A DNA stretch of 64,000 nt, taken from contig RFTL01000001.1 in assembly GCA_009923455.1 (NCBI GenBank), positions 1,559 through 65,558 on the forward strand, written 5' to 3'. Positions 46,537-57,054 of the stretch are shown here, piece by piece (the stretch's first letter is position 1; every line of letters begins with the position of its first letter). The notes beneath the pieces are model-generated. The model had not been told where the DNA came from, made no database searches, and was given only the letters and a program-made list of their open reading frames with translations. Origin of the DNA: Actinomycetota bacterium. GTDB taxonomy: Bacteria; Actinomycetota; Actinomycetes; Actinomycetales; Microbacteriaceae. Made by a program: the position numbers and the translations under genes.

Positions 46537-47883
46537 GTGGCCGCTACCGCAAACTCAAGAAAGACCAAGCAAGTTTCTTCTCCTGAGGCGGTGACGCGAA
46601 ACAAAACCACAATCCGCACCTTCGTTTTAGATACCTCGGTGCTGCTTTCTGACCCTAGGGCGCTGTTCAGGTTTGCCGAGCACGAGGTTGTGCTTCCAAT
46701 CGTGGTTATCAACGAACTTGAGAAAAAGCGCAACGACCTTGAAATCGGTTATTTCGCCCGAAAGGCACTTCGATTCCTAGATGACCTGAGGCAAAAACAC
46801 GAGCGCTTGGACTTCCCGGTTGAAGTTGGGGAGGGTGGAACGCTTCGAGTCGAGCTCAACCACATTGACCAGAGCATCCTCCCAACTGGTTTCCAGCTAG
46901 GCGATAACGACTCGAGGATCCTGGCAGTGGCTGCCAATCTGAAGGCCGAGGGCTTCGACGTAACTGTGGTGTCCAAGGATCTTCCAATGCGAGTCAAGGC
47001 GGCATCCATCGGACTCAAGGCAGAGGAGTACCTCCACGAGCTTGCTACTGACGAATGGCACGGTGTTGCCGATTTAGCTCTTTCAGGAGAGGAGATGGCA
47101 AACCTCTACGATCAAGAGGAGATCTCACACCCTGAAGCCAAGCAGCTTCCAATAAACACCGGATTGGTTATCTCATCCGAGCGCGGCAGTGCCTTAGGTC
47201 GCATTACTGAAAACCGAACTGTGAAATTGGTCAGGGGAGACCGTGAGGTATTTGGAGTTCACGGCCGTTCAGCCGAGCAACGCCTTGCGATTGATGCCCT
47301 CCTCGATCCTGAAATTGGAATTGTTTCACTCGGAGGTCGTGCCGGAACCGGAAAGAGCGCACTGGCTCTCTGTGCGGGATTAGAGGCAGTCCTAGAGCGC
47401 AGACAACACAAAAAGATCATGGTTTTCCGTCCGCTTTACGCGGTTGGCGGTCAAGAGCTCGGTTACCTGCCTGGAACCGAAGCGGAGAAGATGAATCCTT
47501 GGGCTCAGGCTGTATTTGACACCTTGGGGGCTCTGGTTTCCAAGGAGGTAATTGATGAGGTTATGTCCAGAGGTATCTTGGAAGTCCTACCACTTACCCA
47601 CATTCGTGGTCGCTCGCTACACGATACTTTTGTGATTGTTGACGAGGCGCAATCGCTAGAGCGCAATGTGTTACTCACAATGCTTTCCCGCGTTGGACAG
47701 AAGTCTCGAGTGGTACTCACTCACGATGTCGCCCAACGAGACAACCTAAGAGTAGGAAGACACGATGGTATTGCCTCAGTTGTCGAAACTCTGAAGGGTC
47801 AAGCGCTCTTTAGTCACATCACACTGACCAGAAGTGAGCGAAGTGAAATAGCCGCTCTGGTCACTGACCTACTGGACTACTAA
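46537..47883 (+). CDS. PhoH2: PIN-domain plus PhoH ATPase fusion
   Basis: 448 aa. The N-terminal part [16 protein letters not shown] is PIN-like. The C-terminal part has GRAGTGKS (Walker A) and VIVDEAQ. AAGGAG precedes the GTG start. Confidence 0.9.
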   Translation: MAATANSRKTKQVSSPEAVTRNKTTIRTFVLDTSVLLSDPRALFRFAEHEVVLPIVVINELEKKRNDLEIGYFARKALRFLDDLRQKHERLDFPVEVGEGGTLRVELNHIDQSILPTGFQLGDNDSRILAVAANLKAEGFDVTVVSKDLPMRVKAASIGLKAEEYLHELATDEWHGVADLALSGEEMANLYDQEEISHPEAKQLPINTGLVISSERGSALGRITENRTVKLVRGDREVFGVHGRSAEQRLAIDALLDPEIGIVSLGGRAGTGKSALALCAGLEAVLERRQHKKIMVFRPLYAVGGQELGYLPGTEAEKMNPWAQAVFDTLGALVSKEVIDEVMSRGILEVLPLTHIRGRSLHDTFVIVDEAQSLERNVLLTMLSRVGQKSRVVLTHDVAQRDNLRVGRHDGIASVVETLKGQALFSHITLTRSERSEIAALVTDLLDY

Positions 47884-47931
47884 CCCTGGGGATAACTTCA
47901 AAAAAGATTCGAATCCAGGTCATAACTTGAC

Positions 47932-48414
47932 TTGGTGCAATCGCTCTTTCCGCTCCTTGTGCCAGTTGGCTATCTCGCATACATAAGTTTTCGGCTTTCC
48001 AAGATTGATTTCGAGGAGCATCGACTACCAAATCAATACACGCTTCGCCTGTTTGCCCTGAGCGTTCCAAGTGTTTGCCTTGCTGCAGTCATCTCCCAGA
48101 GCTGGGAACGCCTAATCAGCGCAACGCTGCTGCTGTTTCTAGTTCTGTTCGTCGGCATCTCCCTTAGCTATCTCGGGGGACTTGGCATGGGGGATGTGAA
48201 GCTGATGGCGTCGTTGACCCTAGTTTCTTCATACCTGTCGCCCTGGCTCCTGCTGATAAGCAATTTCACGGCAGCGATCACGGCTTCAATCTGGGGGCTC
48301 TGGGAGCGAGCGAAAAATGAAAAAGGACCCAGTCAGCTGATTCCGCTGGGTCCTTTTCTCATCCTGGGATTCTTTACCGCAATCGGCTATTCCCTGGTGT
48401 TCAAGGTTTACTGA
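47932..48414 (+). CDS. A24-family prepilin/aspartic peptidase-like membrane protein
   Basis: 160 aa and polytopic. [11 protein letters not shown] and [12 protein letters not shown] supply the two Asp motifs of type IV prepilin peptidases. Confidence 0.75.
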   Translation: MVQSLFPLLVPVGYLAYISFRLSKIDFEEHRLPNQYTLRLFALSVPSVCLAAVISQSWERLISATLLLFLVLFVGISLSYLGGLGMGDVKLMASLTLVSSYLSPWLLLISNFTAAITASIWGLWERAKNEKGPSQLIPLGPFLILGFFTAIGYSLVFKVY

Positions 48415-49796
48415 GGAGGTCGGGTCATCGGGTAAACATCGAGCGCCTTCTCAAGCTGCTCCATGGTTAGCTTCTCACCATCGACAAATCCGAGCTCAAT
48501 GGTTGCCTCGCGAACCGTAATGCCCTTTTGGACTGAGTGCTTGGCAATCTTGGCTGCATTTTCGTAGCCGATGTACTTGTTCAGCGGGGTAACGATTGAG
48601 GGGCTTGACTCAGCCAGCGCTTTTGACCGCTCCGCGTTTACCTCAAGTCCCTTAATGGTCTTGTCGGCGAGTACGCGCATCGAGTTAGCAAGCAGGCGAA
48701 TAGATTCCAGAAGAGCGTTACCCATAACAGGAATCGCTACGTTCAGCTCAAAGTTTCCGGATGCTCCCGCCCAGGTGACAGTTGCATCATTTCCGATCAC
48801 GCGAGCGCAGACCATCAGCACTGCCTCTGGGACAACCGGGTTTACCTTGCCAGGCATGATTGAAGATCCAGGCTGTAGGTCTGGGATGTTAAGTTCGGCC
48901 AGACCGGTGTTTGGACCCGAGCCCATCCAGCGCAAGTCGTTGTTGATCTTGGTGAGGCTCACAGCGATTACCTTCAAGGCGCCGGATGCCTCGACAAGAG
49001 CATCTCTTGCTCCCTGGGCTTCAAAGTGGTCGCGGGCTTCGGTGATTGGAAGCCCAGTTTCCTTGGCCAAGATTCCGATGACCTCCTGAGGGAAACCCTT
49101 GGGGGTGTTGATTCCGGTTCCGGTTGCAGTTCCACCCTGAGGCACCTCTGCAACTCGACCGAGGCATGCGTTTACACGCTCAATGCCGTATCGAATCTGT
49201 GCGGCATAACCAGAGAACTCCTGGCCAAATGTCACCGGAGTTGCATCCATCAGGTGGGTGCGACCTGGCTTGACCAGCTCCTTCCACTCAGTCGCCTTCT
49301 GCTCTAAATCCTTTGCGAGGTAATCAAGGGCGGGTAGTAGGTCGTTAACCAGTGCGTTGGTCACTGCAACGTGAACCGAGGTTGGGAAAACATCGTTGGA
49401 TGATTGTGAGGCGTTTACATGGTCGTTGGGGTGAACATCTTTACCCAGCTTGGCAGTTGCGAGCGTGGCAAGCACCTCGTTCATGTTCATGTTTGAACTG
49501 GTTCCAGATCCGGTCTGGAAAACATCGACGGGGAAGTGCTCATGGTGCTTGCCCGCGATTACCTCATCTGCACTTTTGACAATTGCATCCGCAATTTCCT
49601 GGGCCAAAATTCCCAGTTTTGCATTGGTGATTGCGGCAGCTTTCTTGATAAGGGCGAGCGCGATGATGTGCTCGCGTTCTAGGCCGGTGCCACTGATTGG
49701 GAAGTTCTCCACCGCACGCTGGGTTTGAGCGCGGTAAAGGGCATTGACTGGGACTCGAACCTCACCCATGGTGTCGTGCTCGATGCGGTATTCCAT
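48408..49796 (-). CDS. fumC: class II fumarate hydratase
   Basis: 462 aa. Contains [12 protein letters not shown] and [10 protein letters not shown]. Confidence 0.95.
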   Translation of the reverse strand: MEYRIEHDTMGEVRVPVNALYRAQTQRAVENFPISGTGLEREHIIALALIKKAAAITNAKLGILAQEIADAIVKSADEVIAGKHHEHFPVDVFQTGSGTSSNMNMNEVLATLATAKLGKDVHPNDHVNASQSSNDVFPTSVHVAVTNALVNDLLPALDYLAKDLEQKATEWKELVKPGRTHLMDATPVTFGQEFSGYAAQIRYGIERVNACLGRVAEVPQGGTATGTGINTPKGFPQEVIGILAKETGLPITEARDHFEAQGARDALVEASGALKVIAVSLTKINNDLRWMGSGPNTGLAELNIPDLQPGSSIMPGKVNPVVPEAVLMVCARVIGNDATVTWAGASGNFELNVAIPVMGNALLESIRLLANSMRVLADKTIKGLEVNAERSKALAESSPSIVTPLNKYIGYENAAKIAKHSVQKGITVREATIELGFVDGEKLTMEQLEKALDVYPMTRPPQ

Positions 49797-49817
49797 TGCT
49801 TCTCCTGCTAGTCCTTG

Positions 49818-50435
49818 TTAGATCAGTCCGTGGGTGACAATTACATGAATCTCACCGAGCTCAAGTTTGTAGTTGGCTCCGACCACAGCAAGTTTGCCAT
49901 CTTTTACGGCCTGAGAAATCACTTTTGAGCGCTCCATTAGTTCATCAATGGTGTCGCGAACATGGCGGTCGGTGATCTCGTCAATACTTGTTTCACCCGC
50001 ATCTAGTGACCGCTTTACAGTTGGCATGATTCGCTGCACCAGGTTGTGGATGAAATCACCCTGAAGCTCCAAATTGCCATTTGCCGCATCCATGGTTGAG
50101 CGAATCGCTCCGCACTCGTCGTGACCGAGCACCAGAATCAGAGGCACCTCAAGAACCTCAACCGCGTATTCGAGCGAGCCGAGGATGGTCTCGGCGATAA
50201 CCTGGCCCGCATTTCGAACTACAAAGAGATCGCCCAAACCAACATCGAAGATCATCTCTGCGGCCAGCCTGGAGTCTGAACAACCAAAAAGCGCTGCAAA
50301 GGGTTTTTGCTTATTCGCTATTGCGACCCTGGCATCTGCATCTTGTCTTGGGTGGGCTGGTGTGCCAGCCACGAAGTTTGAGTTGCCCGACTCTAGGACA
50401 GACCACGCTTGGTGAGCGGTCTGTGGTCTTGGCAT
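49818..50435 (-). CDS. beta-class carbonic anhydrase
   Basis: Contains CSDSRLAAE..VRNAG and GHDECGA. The start is moved to ATG 50435, because the longer ORF overlaps the upstream DUF4245 gene. Confidence 0.85.
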   Translation of the reverse strand: MPRPQTAHQAWSVLESGNSNFVAGTPAHPRQDADARVAIANKQKPFAALFGCSDSRLAAEMIFDVGLGDLFVVRNAGQVIAETILGSLEYAVEVLEVPLILVLGHDECGAIRSTMDAANGNLELQGDFIHNLVQRIMPTVKRSLDAGETSIDEITDRHVRDTIDELMERSKVISQAVKDGKLAVVGANYKLELGEIHVIVTHGLI

Positions 50436-50442
50436 TTCTTCT

Positions 50443-50997
50443 CTAATCCAGTTGAGCGGTAATTGCTTTTGCCAGTAACTCAAACTGCTCTGGCTCTGCA
50501 GTTCCATAGATTACAACGGCAGAGGTTTCGTACTTGTAAACCATTGCGTAGTGCTTGGTGCCGCGGGGTGACTGCGGGTTCAAAGTTGGCCAAATCTCCC
50601 AGGTTTTACCGTCAATCACTTTTTCGCCGTCCTGCCAGTTTCCCTGCAGGGTAAGGGCTAACCAGGACGGGTTTGATTCAAATGCCTGACTCATCCCGAT
50701 GAACTGGTTGTCCTCGGTTACAAACCCCACATACCAGGAATCAACATCGAGCTCTTTCTCCAAGCGAGCAGCATTTGACCACCAACCCTCGGGGATCACC
50801 GGGGCGATTATTTTTTGGCCGACGCTGGCTTGAGCTTGAGCAGCAATTTCGGTGTAGTTGACCTGGGCAATTCGATTTGAGTCATCTCTTGGAACACCAA
50901 GAATCATCAAGACGACAAGAGCAACTGTTACCAACAGTGAATAAATCAGATTCCGAACCGTTTGCTTGGCTCGGTGTTGCGCTGCGCTATCGCTCAC
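50443..50997 (-). CDS. DUF4245 domain protein
   Basis: 184 aa with an N-terminal TM helix. It is conserved next to xseAB in Actinobacteria (from memory). Confidence 0.7.
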   Translation of the reverse strand: MSDSAAQHRAKQTVRNLIYSLLVTVALVVLMILGVPRDDSNRIAQVNYTEIAAQAQASVGQKIIAPVIPEGWWSNAARLEKELDVDSWYVGFVTEDNQFIGMSQAFESNPSWLALTLQGNWQDGEKVIDGKTWEIWPTLNPQSPRGTKHYAMVYKYETSAVVIYGTAEPEQFELLAKAITAQLD

Positions 50998-51203
50998 TCG
51001 CCCTTTTCCTTCTGAGCCGCATCAAGCTTCTTTCTCGCTCCCATAAGCCAGCTTTCGCAGTGCTTGGCAAGCGCTTCGCCACGCTCCCAGAGCGCCATCG
51101 AAGCTTCCAAGCTGACATTCTGTTGCTCTAGCTCTGAGACCACCTTCTGAAGTTCGTCGCGAGCCTGCTCGTAGCTGAGATCCTTGATTTCTTTTGACAT
51201 CAC
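50994..51203 (-). CDS. xseB: exodeoxyribonuclease VII small subunit
   Basis: 69 aa. Contains LSYEQARDELQKVVSELE. Overlaps xseA by 4 nt. Confidence 0.9.
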   Translation of the reverse strand: MMSKEIKDLSYEQARDELQKVVSELEQQNVSLEASMALWERGEALAKHCESWLMGARKKLDAAQKEKGE

Positions 51204-52432
51204 AGTTCCTTAACCTGATCAACCGTTGCCTGAATTTCTTGTTTTTGAGTGCGAATCGAAAGCTTGTCCCCAGTCTTTGCCGAGCTAACCACCTTGCCTT
51301 TAGCGTCGGTGATCACCGCATAGCCTCTGCTTAGGGTGAGCTGCGGAGAGAGCGAATGCGCTCTGAGGGCTAACTGCTCAATCTCATGTGCTCCTTTATC
51401 GAGCCGAAACGCAAAGATCTCCGCGATTCTTCGATACAGAATTGTGAGCTGCTCAGCCTGGGCATCGATAAAGCCATAGGGGCTAGCCAAAACCGGTCTT
51501 GATCGAACCGAGATTAGAAGCTGCTCCTGAATGGTGAGTATTGATTCAAGTCGTTGCCTGAGCCGCGAAATCGAAACCGAGATGTTTCGACGCTCCTCAA
51601 GGACATCTGGGACCACGCGCTTTGCTGCATCGGTCGGGGTTGAAGCTCGCAGGTCTGCCACCAGGTCAATTAGCGGTTGGTCATTTTCGTGGCCGATGGC
51701 TGAGACAAATGGGGTTTTGCAGTTGGCTACGGCTCGAACCAGCCTCTCATCGCTGAATGGGAGCAGGTCTTGGAAGCTACCTCCACCTCTAGCCATGATG
51801 ATCACATCAACTTCCGGCATGGCATCCAAGGTTTCCAGGGCAAAGAGCAGCTCGCCAACCGCTTTGTCTCCCTGGACATGAGAGTGAATCACTTCAAACT
51901 GAACCTCGGGCCAGCGAAGCTTGGCATTTTGAAGCACATCTTTCTCAGCATCTGAGTTAGCACCAGTAATCAGGCCAATCCGATTAGGAAGAAAAGGCAG
52001 TTTTTGCTTGCGCTCGGGTGCTGCTAGACCCTCTGCGATAATCTGCTGCTTCAAGCGTTCAAGACGCTCCAAAAGCTCCCCAAGCCCAACTTTGTGCATG
52101 GCATGAATGCGCATCGTGAGCTTGCCATTCTTGGCCCAAAACTGAGGTTGCAATAGAGCAACGACTCGATCGCCCTGCTTTAGACCCTGCTCAATCTCTG
52201 CTCCGGATTGATTGAAAGCATGAATCTCAATTGCGGCTTCGACATCCAGGTCTCGAATTGACGCGAAGAGTCCAGTTGGGCGTTCTTGATAAGACTGAAG
52301 CTCGCCCTCAACCCACACCCGACCCAGTTTTTCAATCCAATCCTTGAGCGATTTGGAGAGCTGGGAGACCTGCCAGGGGGAATGTTCGGTTGAAACTTTT
52401 GATTGATTCTCTACGGCTTCGCTTGTATCCAA
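51200..52432 (-). CDS. xseA: exodeoxyribonuclease VII large subunit
   Basis: 410 aa. Has an N-terminal OB fold (VWVEGELS-type), then IGLITGANSDAEKD and RGGGS. Confidence 0.9.
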   Translation of the reverse strand: MDTSEAVENQSKVSTEHSPWQVSQLSKSLKDWIEKLGRVWVEGELQSYQERPTGLFASIRDLDVEAAIEIHAFNQSGAEIEQGLKQGDRVVALLQPQFWAKNGKLTMRIHAMHKVGLGELLERLERLKQQIIAEGLAAPERKQKLPFLPNRIGLITGANSDAEKDVLQNAKLRWPEVQFEVIHSHVQGDKAVGELLFALETLDAMPEVDVIIMARGGGSFQDLLPFSDERLVRAVANCKTPFVSAIGHENDQPLIDLVADLRASTPTDAAKRVVPDVLEERRNISVSISRLRQRLESILTIQEQLLISVRSRPVLASPYGFIDAQAEQLTILYRRIAEIFAFRLDKGAHEIEQLALRAHSLSPQLTLSRGYAVITDAKGKVVSSAKTGDKLSIRTQKQEIQATVDQVKEL

Positions 52433-52468
52433 GAGGAGTCTCCTAGCGTGGCTTCGTAGAATGAACGG

Positions 52469-53485
52469 GTGAGTCCTATCAACAATAATGCGATGACCGA
52501 CATTAAGCCCGAAAAGCGAGTGCTGCTAGCAGCCCCAAGAGGCTACTGTGCCGGGGTTGACCGGGCCGTCATTGCGGTTGAGAAGGCGCTGGAGCACTAC
52601 GGTGCACCGATTTATGTGCGCAAACAAATCGTGCATAACAAGCACGTTGTGGCATCACTTGAAAAGCGCGGAGCAATCTTTGTTGATGAGGTTGACGAAG
52701 CTCCAGAGGGTTGCATCATGGTGTTCTCCGCTCACGGAGTATCTCCTGCTGTAATAGAGGCTGCGCAGCAGCGCAACCAACAGACCATCGATGCGACCTG
52801 CCCACTGGTAACCAAGGTTCACCGTGAGGTTCAGCGCTTTGCCAAAGAGGGTTACGACATCCTGCTAGTTGGCCACGAAGGTCACGAAGAGGTCGAGGGA
52901 ACCGCCGGTGAGGCTCCAGATGTGGTTCAGCTAATTGATGGCGACAAAGACATTCAGAAGGCCAAGGTAAAAGACCCAAGCAAGGTCATTTGGCTCTCTC
53001 AGACCACACTTTCGGTTGATGAGACCATGGAGACCGTGGTAAAGCTTCGTGAGAAGTTCCCAACTTTGCAAAACCCACCAAGCGATGACATTTGTTACGC
53101 CACTCAAAACCGTCAGGTCGCAATCAAGAAGGTTGGCGCGGAGAGCGATCTTGTAATCGTGGTTGGTTCAGCAAACTCTTCCAACACCGTTCGACTAGTT
53201 GAGGTAGCTCTCGATGCAGGAGCCAAGGCAGCCTACCGAGTCGACTTTGCCAGCGAAATCCAGGAAGAGTGGTTTGAAGGTGTTGCAACCGTTGGAGTTA
53301 GCTCAGGTGCTTCGGTCCCAGAGGAACTAGTTTCCGAAGTCCTTGACCACTTAGCAGCGCGCGGTTTCGGCGATGTGAGAACAGTCACCACTGCCGAAGA
53401 GGATATTCAGTTCTCGCTGCCAAAGGAATTGCGTAAGGACCTAAAGACCGCCGGCGAGGACACCTCAAACAAGCAAAAGCGCTAG
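52469..53485 (+). CDS. ispH: 4-hydroxy-3-methylbut-2-enyl diphosphate reductase
   Basis: 338 aa. Contains [21 protein letters not shown] and SANSSNT. Confidence 0.95.
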   Translation: MSPINNNAMTDIKPEKRVLLAAPRGYCAGVDRAVIAVEKALEHYGAPIYVRKQIVHNKHVVASLEKRGAIFVDEVDEAPEGCIMVFSAHGVSPAVIEAAQQRNQQTIDATCPLVTKVHREVQRFAKEGYDILLVGHEGHEEVEGTAGEAPDVVQLIDGDKDIQKAKVKDPSKVIWLSQTTLSVDETMETVVKLREKFPTLQNPPSDDICYATQNRQVAIKKVGAESDLVIVVGSANSSNTVRLVEVALDAGAKAAYRVDFASEIQEEWFEGVATVGVSSGASVPEELVSEVLDHLAARGFGDVRTVTTAEEDIQFSLPKELRKDLKTAGEDTSNKQKR

Positions 53486-53691
53486 GAAAGATACTTTTCG
53501 CTCACCAGGTTGCCGCTCCTGTCATAGGTTTTCCAAACCCCAGTCTGCCTTCCCTGTTCAAAGCTCCCCGAACGCATTATTGAGCCATCTTTTCGATAGA
53601 ACTCCCAATAGCCGTGCATCTCGCCGGATTGGTATTCGCCCCGAAAACGAGGAAGCCCGTTCTCATAGAACGGGCTTATCTCTTTAGACAT
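53482..53691 (-). CDS. small MORN-repeat (YwqK-like) protein
   Basis: 69 aa. [44 protein letters not shown] forms about 2.5 MORN-variant repeats. It starts 3 nt after the fba stop. Confidence 0.65.
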   Translation of the reverse strand: MSKEISPFYENGLPRFRGEYQSGEMHGYWEFYRKDGSIMRSGSFEQGRQTGVWKTYDRSGNLVSEKYLS

Positions 53692-53694
53692 TTG

Positions 53695-54717
53695 TTACCA
53701 CTTGGACTTTCCGGCCGAACCTAGCTGCTGAGCGGCCTGGACAACGCGAGCTGACATTCCAGCCTCGGCAAGCTTGCCCCAGGCTCTTGGGTCATAGGTC
53801 TTCTTATTTCCAACCTCACCATCAACCTTGAGCACACCGTCGTAGTTGCGGAACATGTGGTCAGCGATTGGGCGGGTGAAGGCATACTGCAGGTCGGTGT
53901 CGATGTTCATCTTGATCACGCCATACTTCACAGCGTCTGCGATCTCTTGCTCTGTAGAACCCGAGCCACCGTGGAAGACAAGGTCGAACGGCTTGTCTTT
54001 GCCGTATTTGGCACCGACCTCATCCTGAATCTGCTTGAGAAGCTGAGGGCGAAGCACAACGTTGCCGGCCTTGTATACGCCGTGAACATTTCCGAAGGTT
54101 AGCGCTGCGATGTAGCGACCGTTCTCACCCAAACCAAGAGCCTCTGCCGTAGCCATACCATCGGCCACTGTGGTGTAAAGGTGCTCATCAATCGCGCCCT
54201 CCACGCCGTCTTCTTCGCCACCAACAGCGCCTACCTCAATTTCGAGAATGGCTCCGATGTTCTTGGTGCGCTTTAGAAACTCTTTGGCAATTTCTAGGTT
54301 CTGAGCCAGCGGCACTTCAGAGCCATCCCACATGTGGGAGTTGAAAATCGCCTCACCGCCAGACTTCACGCGCTCCTCAGATAGCGCAAGCAGTGGCTTT
54401 ACGAAAGTGTCTAGCTGCTCTAGGTTGCAGTGATCGGTGTGAAGAGCAACCTTGACGTCATAATTCTTGGCAACCTCGCGAGCAAACGCTGCAAAACCCA
54501 GAGCACCGGAGACCCGGTTCTTCACGGTTGGACCACTCCAGTAGTCCGCGCCACCTGTGGTCACCTGCAAGATGCCATCAGATCCCGCAGCCTGGAGGCC
54601 TGCAAGAGCTGCATTCAGGGTTTGTGAGCTGGAAACGTTGATAGCAGGATAAGCAAAACCGCCCTTTTTGGCGCGGTCAAGCATCTCTACATATTCTTCG
54701 GAGGAAACAACTGCCAT
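53695..54717 (-). CDS. fbaA: class II fructose-bisphosphate aldolase
   Basis: 340 aa. Contains ALHTDHC, FHGGSGS and the family N-terminus. Confidence 0.95.
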   Translation of the reverse strand: MAVVSSEEYVEMLDRAKKGGFAYPAINVSSSQTLNAALAGLQAAGSDGILQVTTGGADYWSGPTVKNRVSGALGFAAFAREVAKNYDVKVALHTDHCNLEQLDTFVKPLLALSEERVKSGGEAIFNSHMWDGSEVPLAQNLEIAKEFLKRTKNIGAILEIEVGAVGGEEDGVEGAIDEHLYTTVADGMATAEALGLGENGRYIAALTFGNVHGVYKAGNVVLRPQLLKQIQDEVGAKYGKDKPFDLVFHGGSGSTEQEIADAVKYGVIKMNIDTDLQYAFTRPIADHMFRNYDGVLKVDGEVGNKKTYDPRAWGKLAEAGMSARVVQAAQQLGSAGKSKW

Positions 54718-54730
54718 GGTGGCTCCTTAC

Positions 54731-55741
54731 TTAGGCCTTGGCTGGCTCGCCAAGCAGGCGGGATGAATCTGGAATCAGCTCAACTGTTGCATCAACCAAG
54801 TTTTCAATCGAGTGCAAACCACTGGTTGGCTGCTGAACCTTCGCTGCACCCCACTGGACTGCAGCTGCAATACCCTCAGCCACATCAAAACCAACACCAA
54901 AGTCGTTTGGTCCCGCTGGGTGGGAGGTCACAGCCGAGAGGAATCCAGCGATGGTTGAGTCGCCAGCACCAACGGTGTTGATGACCTTGACCGGCTGGGT
55001 ATAGGCGTGAATTGCGTGAGTCTTCGTAACCGCGATAATGCCATCCACTCCAAGAGAGGCCATGACACAGTTCACACCCCAGTCGTTGAGCTGACGAGCA
55101 GCTTCAATCACATCTCCGATGGTATTCAGGTCTCGGCCAACACACTCAGCAAGCTCGTGGGCATTGGGCTTCATGACGGTTGCCTTACCCTGCTGTGCCC
55201 AGTAGCGAAGAGCTGGACCTGAGGTGTCCAGGATCACCTTTACGCCAATTGCTGCCATTCGGTCAAACAGTGGGTGAAGGTCAATGACCTTGCCGGTTTC
55301 AACGATTTCAGGGTGAGCTCCGGCAACCACAAGCCACTCAGCATCATGATCTTTTACGGTGTGCTCGGTCAGTGCCACCACAGCATCCCAGTCACTCTGC
55401 TTTAGAGGTCTGGGGTGCTCATTTATCTTGGTGGTTGGGCCGTCATACTCAACGATTGTGGTTGAGACCCTCAGGGTGCCCTCTACCCAAAGCGGGGTTA
55501 GGAAGCCAGAACCAGTGCGCTCTAGAACTCCAGGGTCAGCGCTTCCGATTGGAACAATCCCAGGCGCCGGGATTCCAGCCAGATTTAGTCCACGAGATAC
55601 GTTGATTCCCTTGCCAGCTAACTCTTCGCCCACGCGCTCAGCGCGGTTGACGCCACCTTCAACCAGGTTCTTCACAAAGTAGGTGCGGTCCAGGGTGGGG
55701 GATGGGGTAAGAGTAACGATTGGCGATTTGTGGCCAGCCAT
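54731..55741 (-). CDS. 1-phosphofructokinase-family hexose kinase (PfkB)
   Basis: 336 aa. Contains VTLTPSPTLDRT, GKGINVS and a C-terminal VGAGDSTIAGF. Confidence 0.85.
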   Translation of the reverse strand: MAGHKSPIVTLTPSPTLDRTYFVKNLVEGGVNRAERVGEELAGKGINVSRGLNLAGIPAPGIVPIGSADPGVLERTGSGFLTPLWVEGTLRVSTTIVEYDGPTTKINEHPRPLKQSDWDAVVALTEHTVKDHDAEWLVVAGAHPEIVETGKVIDLHPLFDRMAAIGVKVILDTSGPALRYWAQQGKATVMKPNAHELAECVGRDLNTIGDVIEAARQLNDWGVNCVMASLGVDGIIAVTKTHAIHAYTQPVKVINTVGAGDSTIAGFLSAVTSHPAGPNDFGVGFDVAEGIAAAVQWGAAKVQQPTSGLHSIENLVDATVELIPDSSRLLGEPAKA

Positions 55742-55754
55742 TAGGGATCTCCTT

Positions 55755-55787
55755 GATGTGAGAAAAACTATCTAGAGCACTCACATC
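55755..55787 (-). promoter_or_regulatory. perfect 8-bp inverted repeat GATGTGAG-N17-CTCACATC immediately upstream of the pfkB-family gene RBS
   Basis: Read directly from the sequence. On the minus strand it ends 1 nt before AAGGAG. It is a candidate operator or RNA hairpin. Confidence 0.3.
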
Positions 55788-55833
55788 GTCGTAGGCGCAA
55801 CTCTGACACTATAGCCCGAAAAAGACCTGAAGT

Positions 55834-57054
55834 TTAGTTCTCAAGTTCCTTTGCGGTAATCGTGTTTGGCGATTCTTCAATGGCTTTTGGGCTGCTTAAA
55901 TCCTCGGTCCCAAGCTCGTTCTCATCAAGGTCATTCAGTTTCCGAGCAGTAACCAGCATTCTGGACTCCAAGGAGGACACAAAAGCGTTGTAATCCTTCA
56001 CTGTCGAGGTAAGTGATCTTCCCAGCTTGTCGGCAACCTGGGCAACCTTGCCGACCCGCTCATAAAGCTCTCGGCCGAGTCGAATCATGGCTCTGACCTG
56101 AGTCTCATCTGCGTTCTGGCGCCATATGTAATTGATGGTCTTCAGTACCGAGAAAAGACTTACCGGTGAGGCCAAGGCAACATTCTTTTTGAAGGCATAC
56201 TCCAAAATCGCTGGGTCTGCCTCTAGAGCAGCTGAAAGTAATGACTCTGAAGGCACAAAGCAAACTACAAAGTCTGGCGATGCCGATAAACCAGTCCAGT
56301 AGGCCTTGGAACCCAGATCATCGATGTGCTTGCGCACCGCTTTGACGTGTTCATCCAGTAGGCGCCTGCGACGCTCTAGCTCCTCTCCAGTTGCGAGTTC
56401 TGAAATAGATGACGCCTCTTGGTAAGAGTTGAATGGCACCTTGGAGTCGATGGCGAGGGACTTTCCACCTGGGAGATTGATGACCATGTCGGCACGACCA
56501 GAACCTGAGCTGGTTGAGATTGTGGCCTGCTCAGCAAAATCAGCGTGCTTGATTAGTCCTGCCAGTTCAACAAGTTTTCTTAGTTGCGCCTCGCCCCAGA
56601 CCCCCCTGAGGGAGTTCGAGGATAGGGCTTGAGCTAGCTGTTGAGTCTGCTTGCGAAGATTCTCATCGGTTTCAATCGCTGCCCTGAGCTGCTCGGAAAT
56701 CGAGCTGAACTGTTCACCGCGCTCACGCTCTAAGCGCTGAACTGTGGATTGCATCTGCTCCAACTGCTGCTTTACCGGAGCCAATTGCACCAGGATCTTG
56801 TTCTCTTGCTCGGATTGAAGCTTGTGTTCCTGGAGCTGCAATTCTGCCTTCGAGATCTGCTCTCTAAGCGCAGCATTAGTCGCCTCCAGTGCAGCCAGCT
56901 TGGTCAGCGACTCGGTGTCACCGGCTGGCGATTTTGATTTTCCGATCCGAAAACCGATCAGTGCGCCAAGTGCAAGCCCGATGATGAGGGCATTAATCCC
57001 GATAAGCAGTATCTGGTCCATGCTCGCCAGTATTGCACCGGGGTCAGACAACAA
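55834..57054 (-). CDS. rmuC: DNA recombination protein RmuC
   Basis: 406 aa. Has an N-terminal TM helix, a long coiled coil and a C-terminal RmuC nuclease-like domain (..RADMVINLPGGKSLAIDSKVP..). Confidence 0.85.
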   Translation of the reverse strand: MLSDPGAILASMDQILLIGINALIIGLALGALIGFRIGKSKSPAGDTESLTKLAALEATNAALREQISKAELQLQEHKLQSEQENKILVQLAPVKQQLEQMQSTVQRLERERGEQFSSISEQLRAAIETDENLRKQTQQLAQALSSNSLRGVWGEAQLRKLVELAGLIKHADFAEQATISTSSGSGRADMVINLPGGKSLAIDSKVPFNSYQEASSISELATGEELERRRRLLDEHVKAVRKHIDDLGSKAYWTGLSASPDFVVCFVPSESLLSAALEADPAILEYAFKKNVALASPVSLFSVLKTINYIWRQNADETQVRAMIRLGRELYERVGKVAQVADKLGRSLTSTVKDYNAFVSSLESRMLVTARKLNDLDENELGTEDLSSPKAIEESPNTITAKELEN

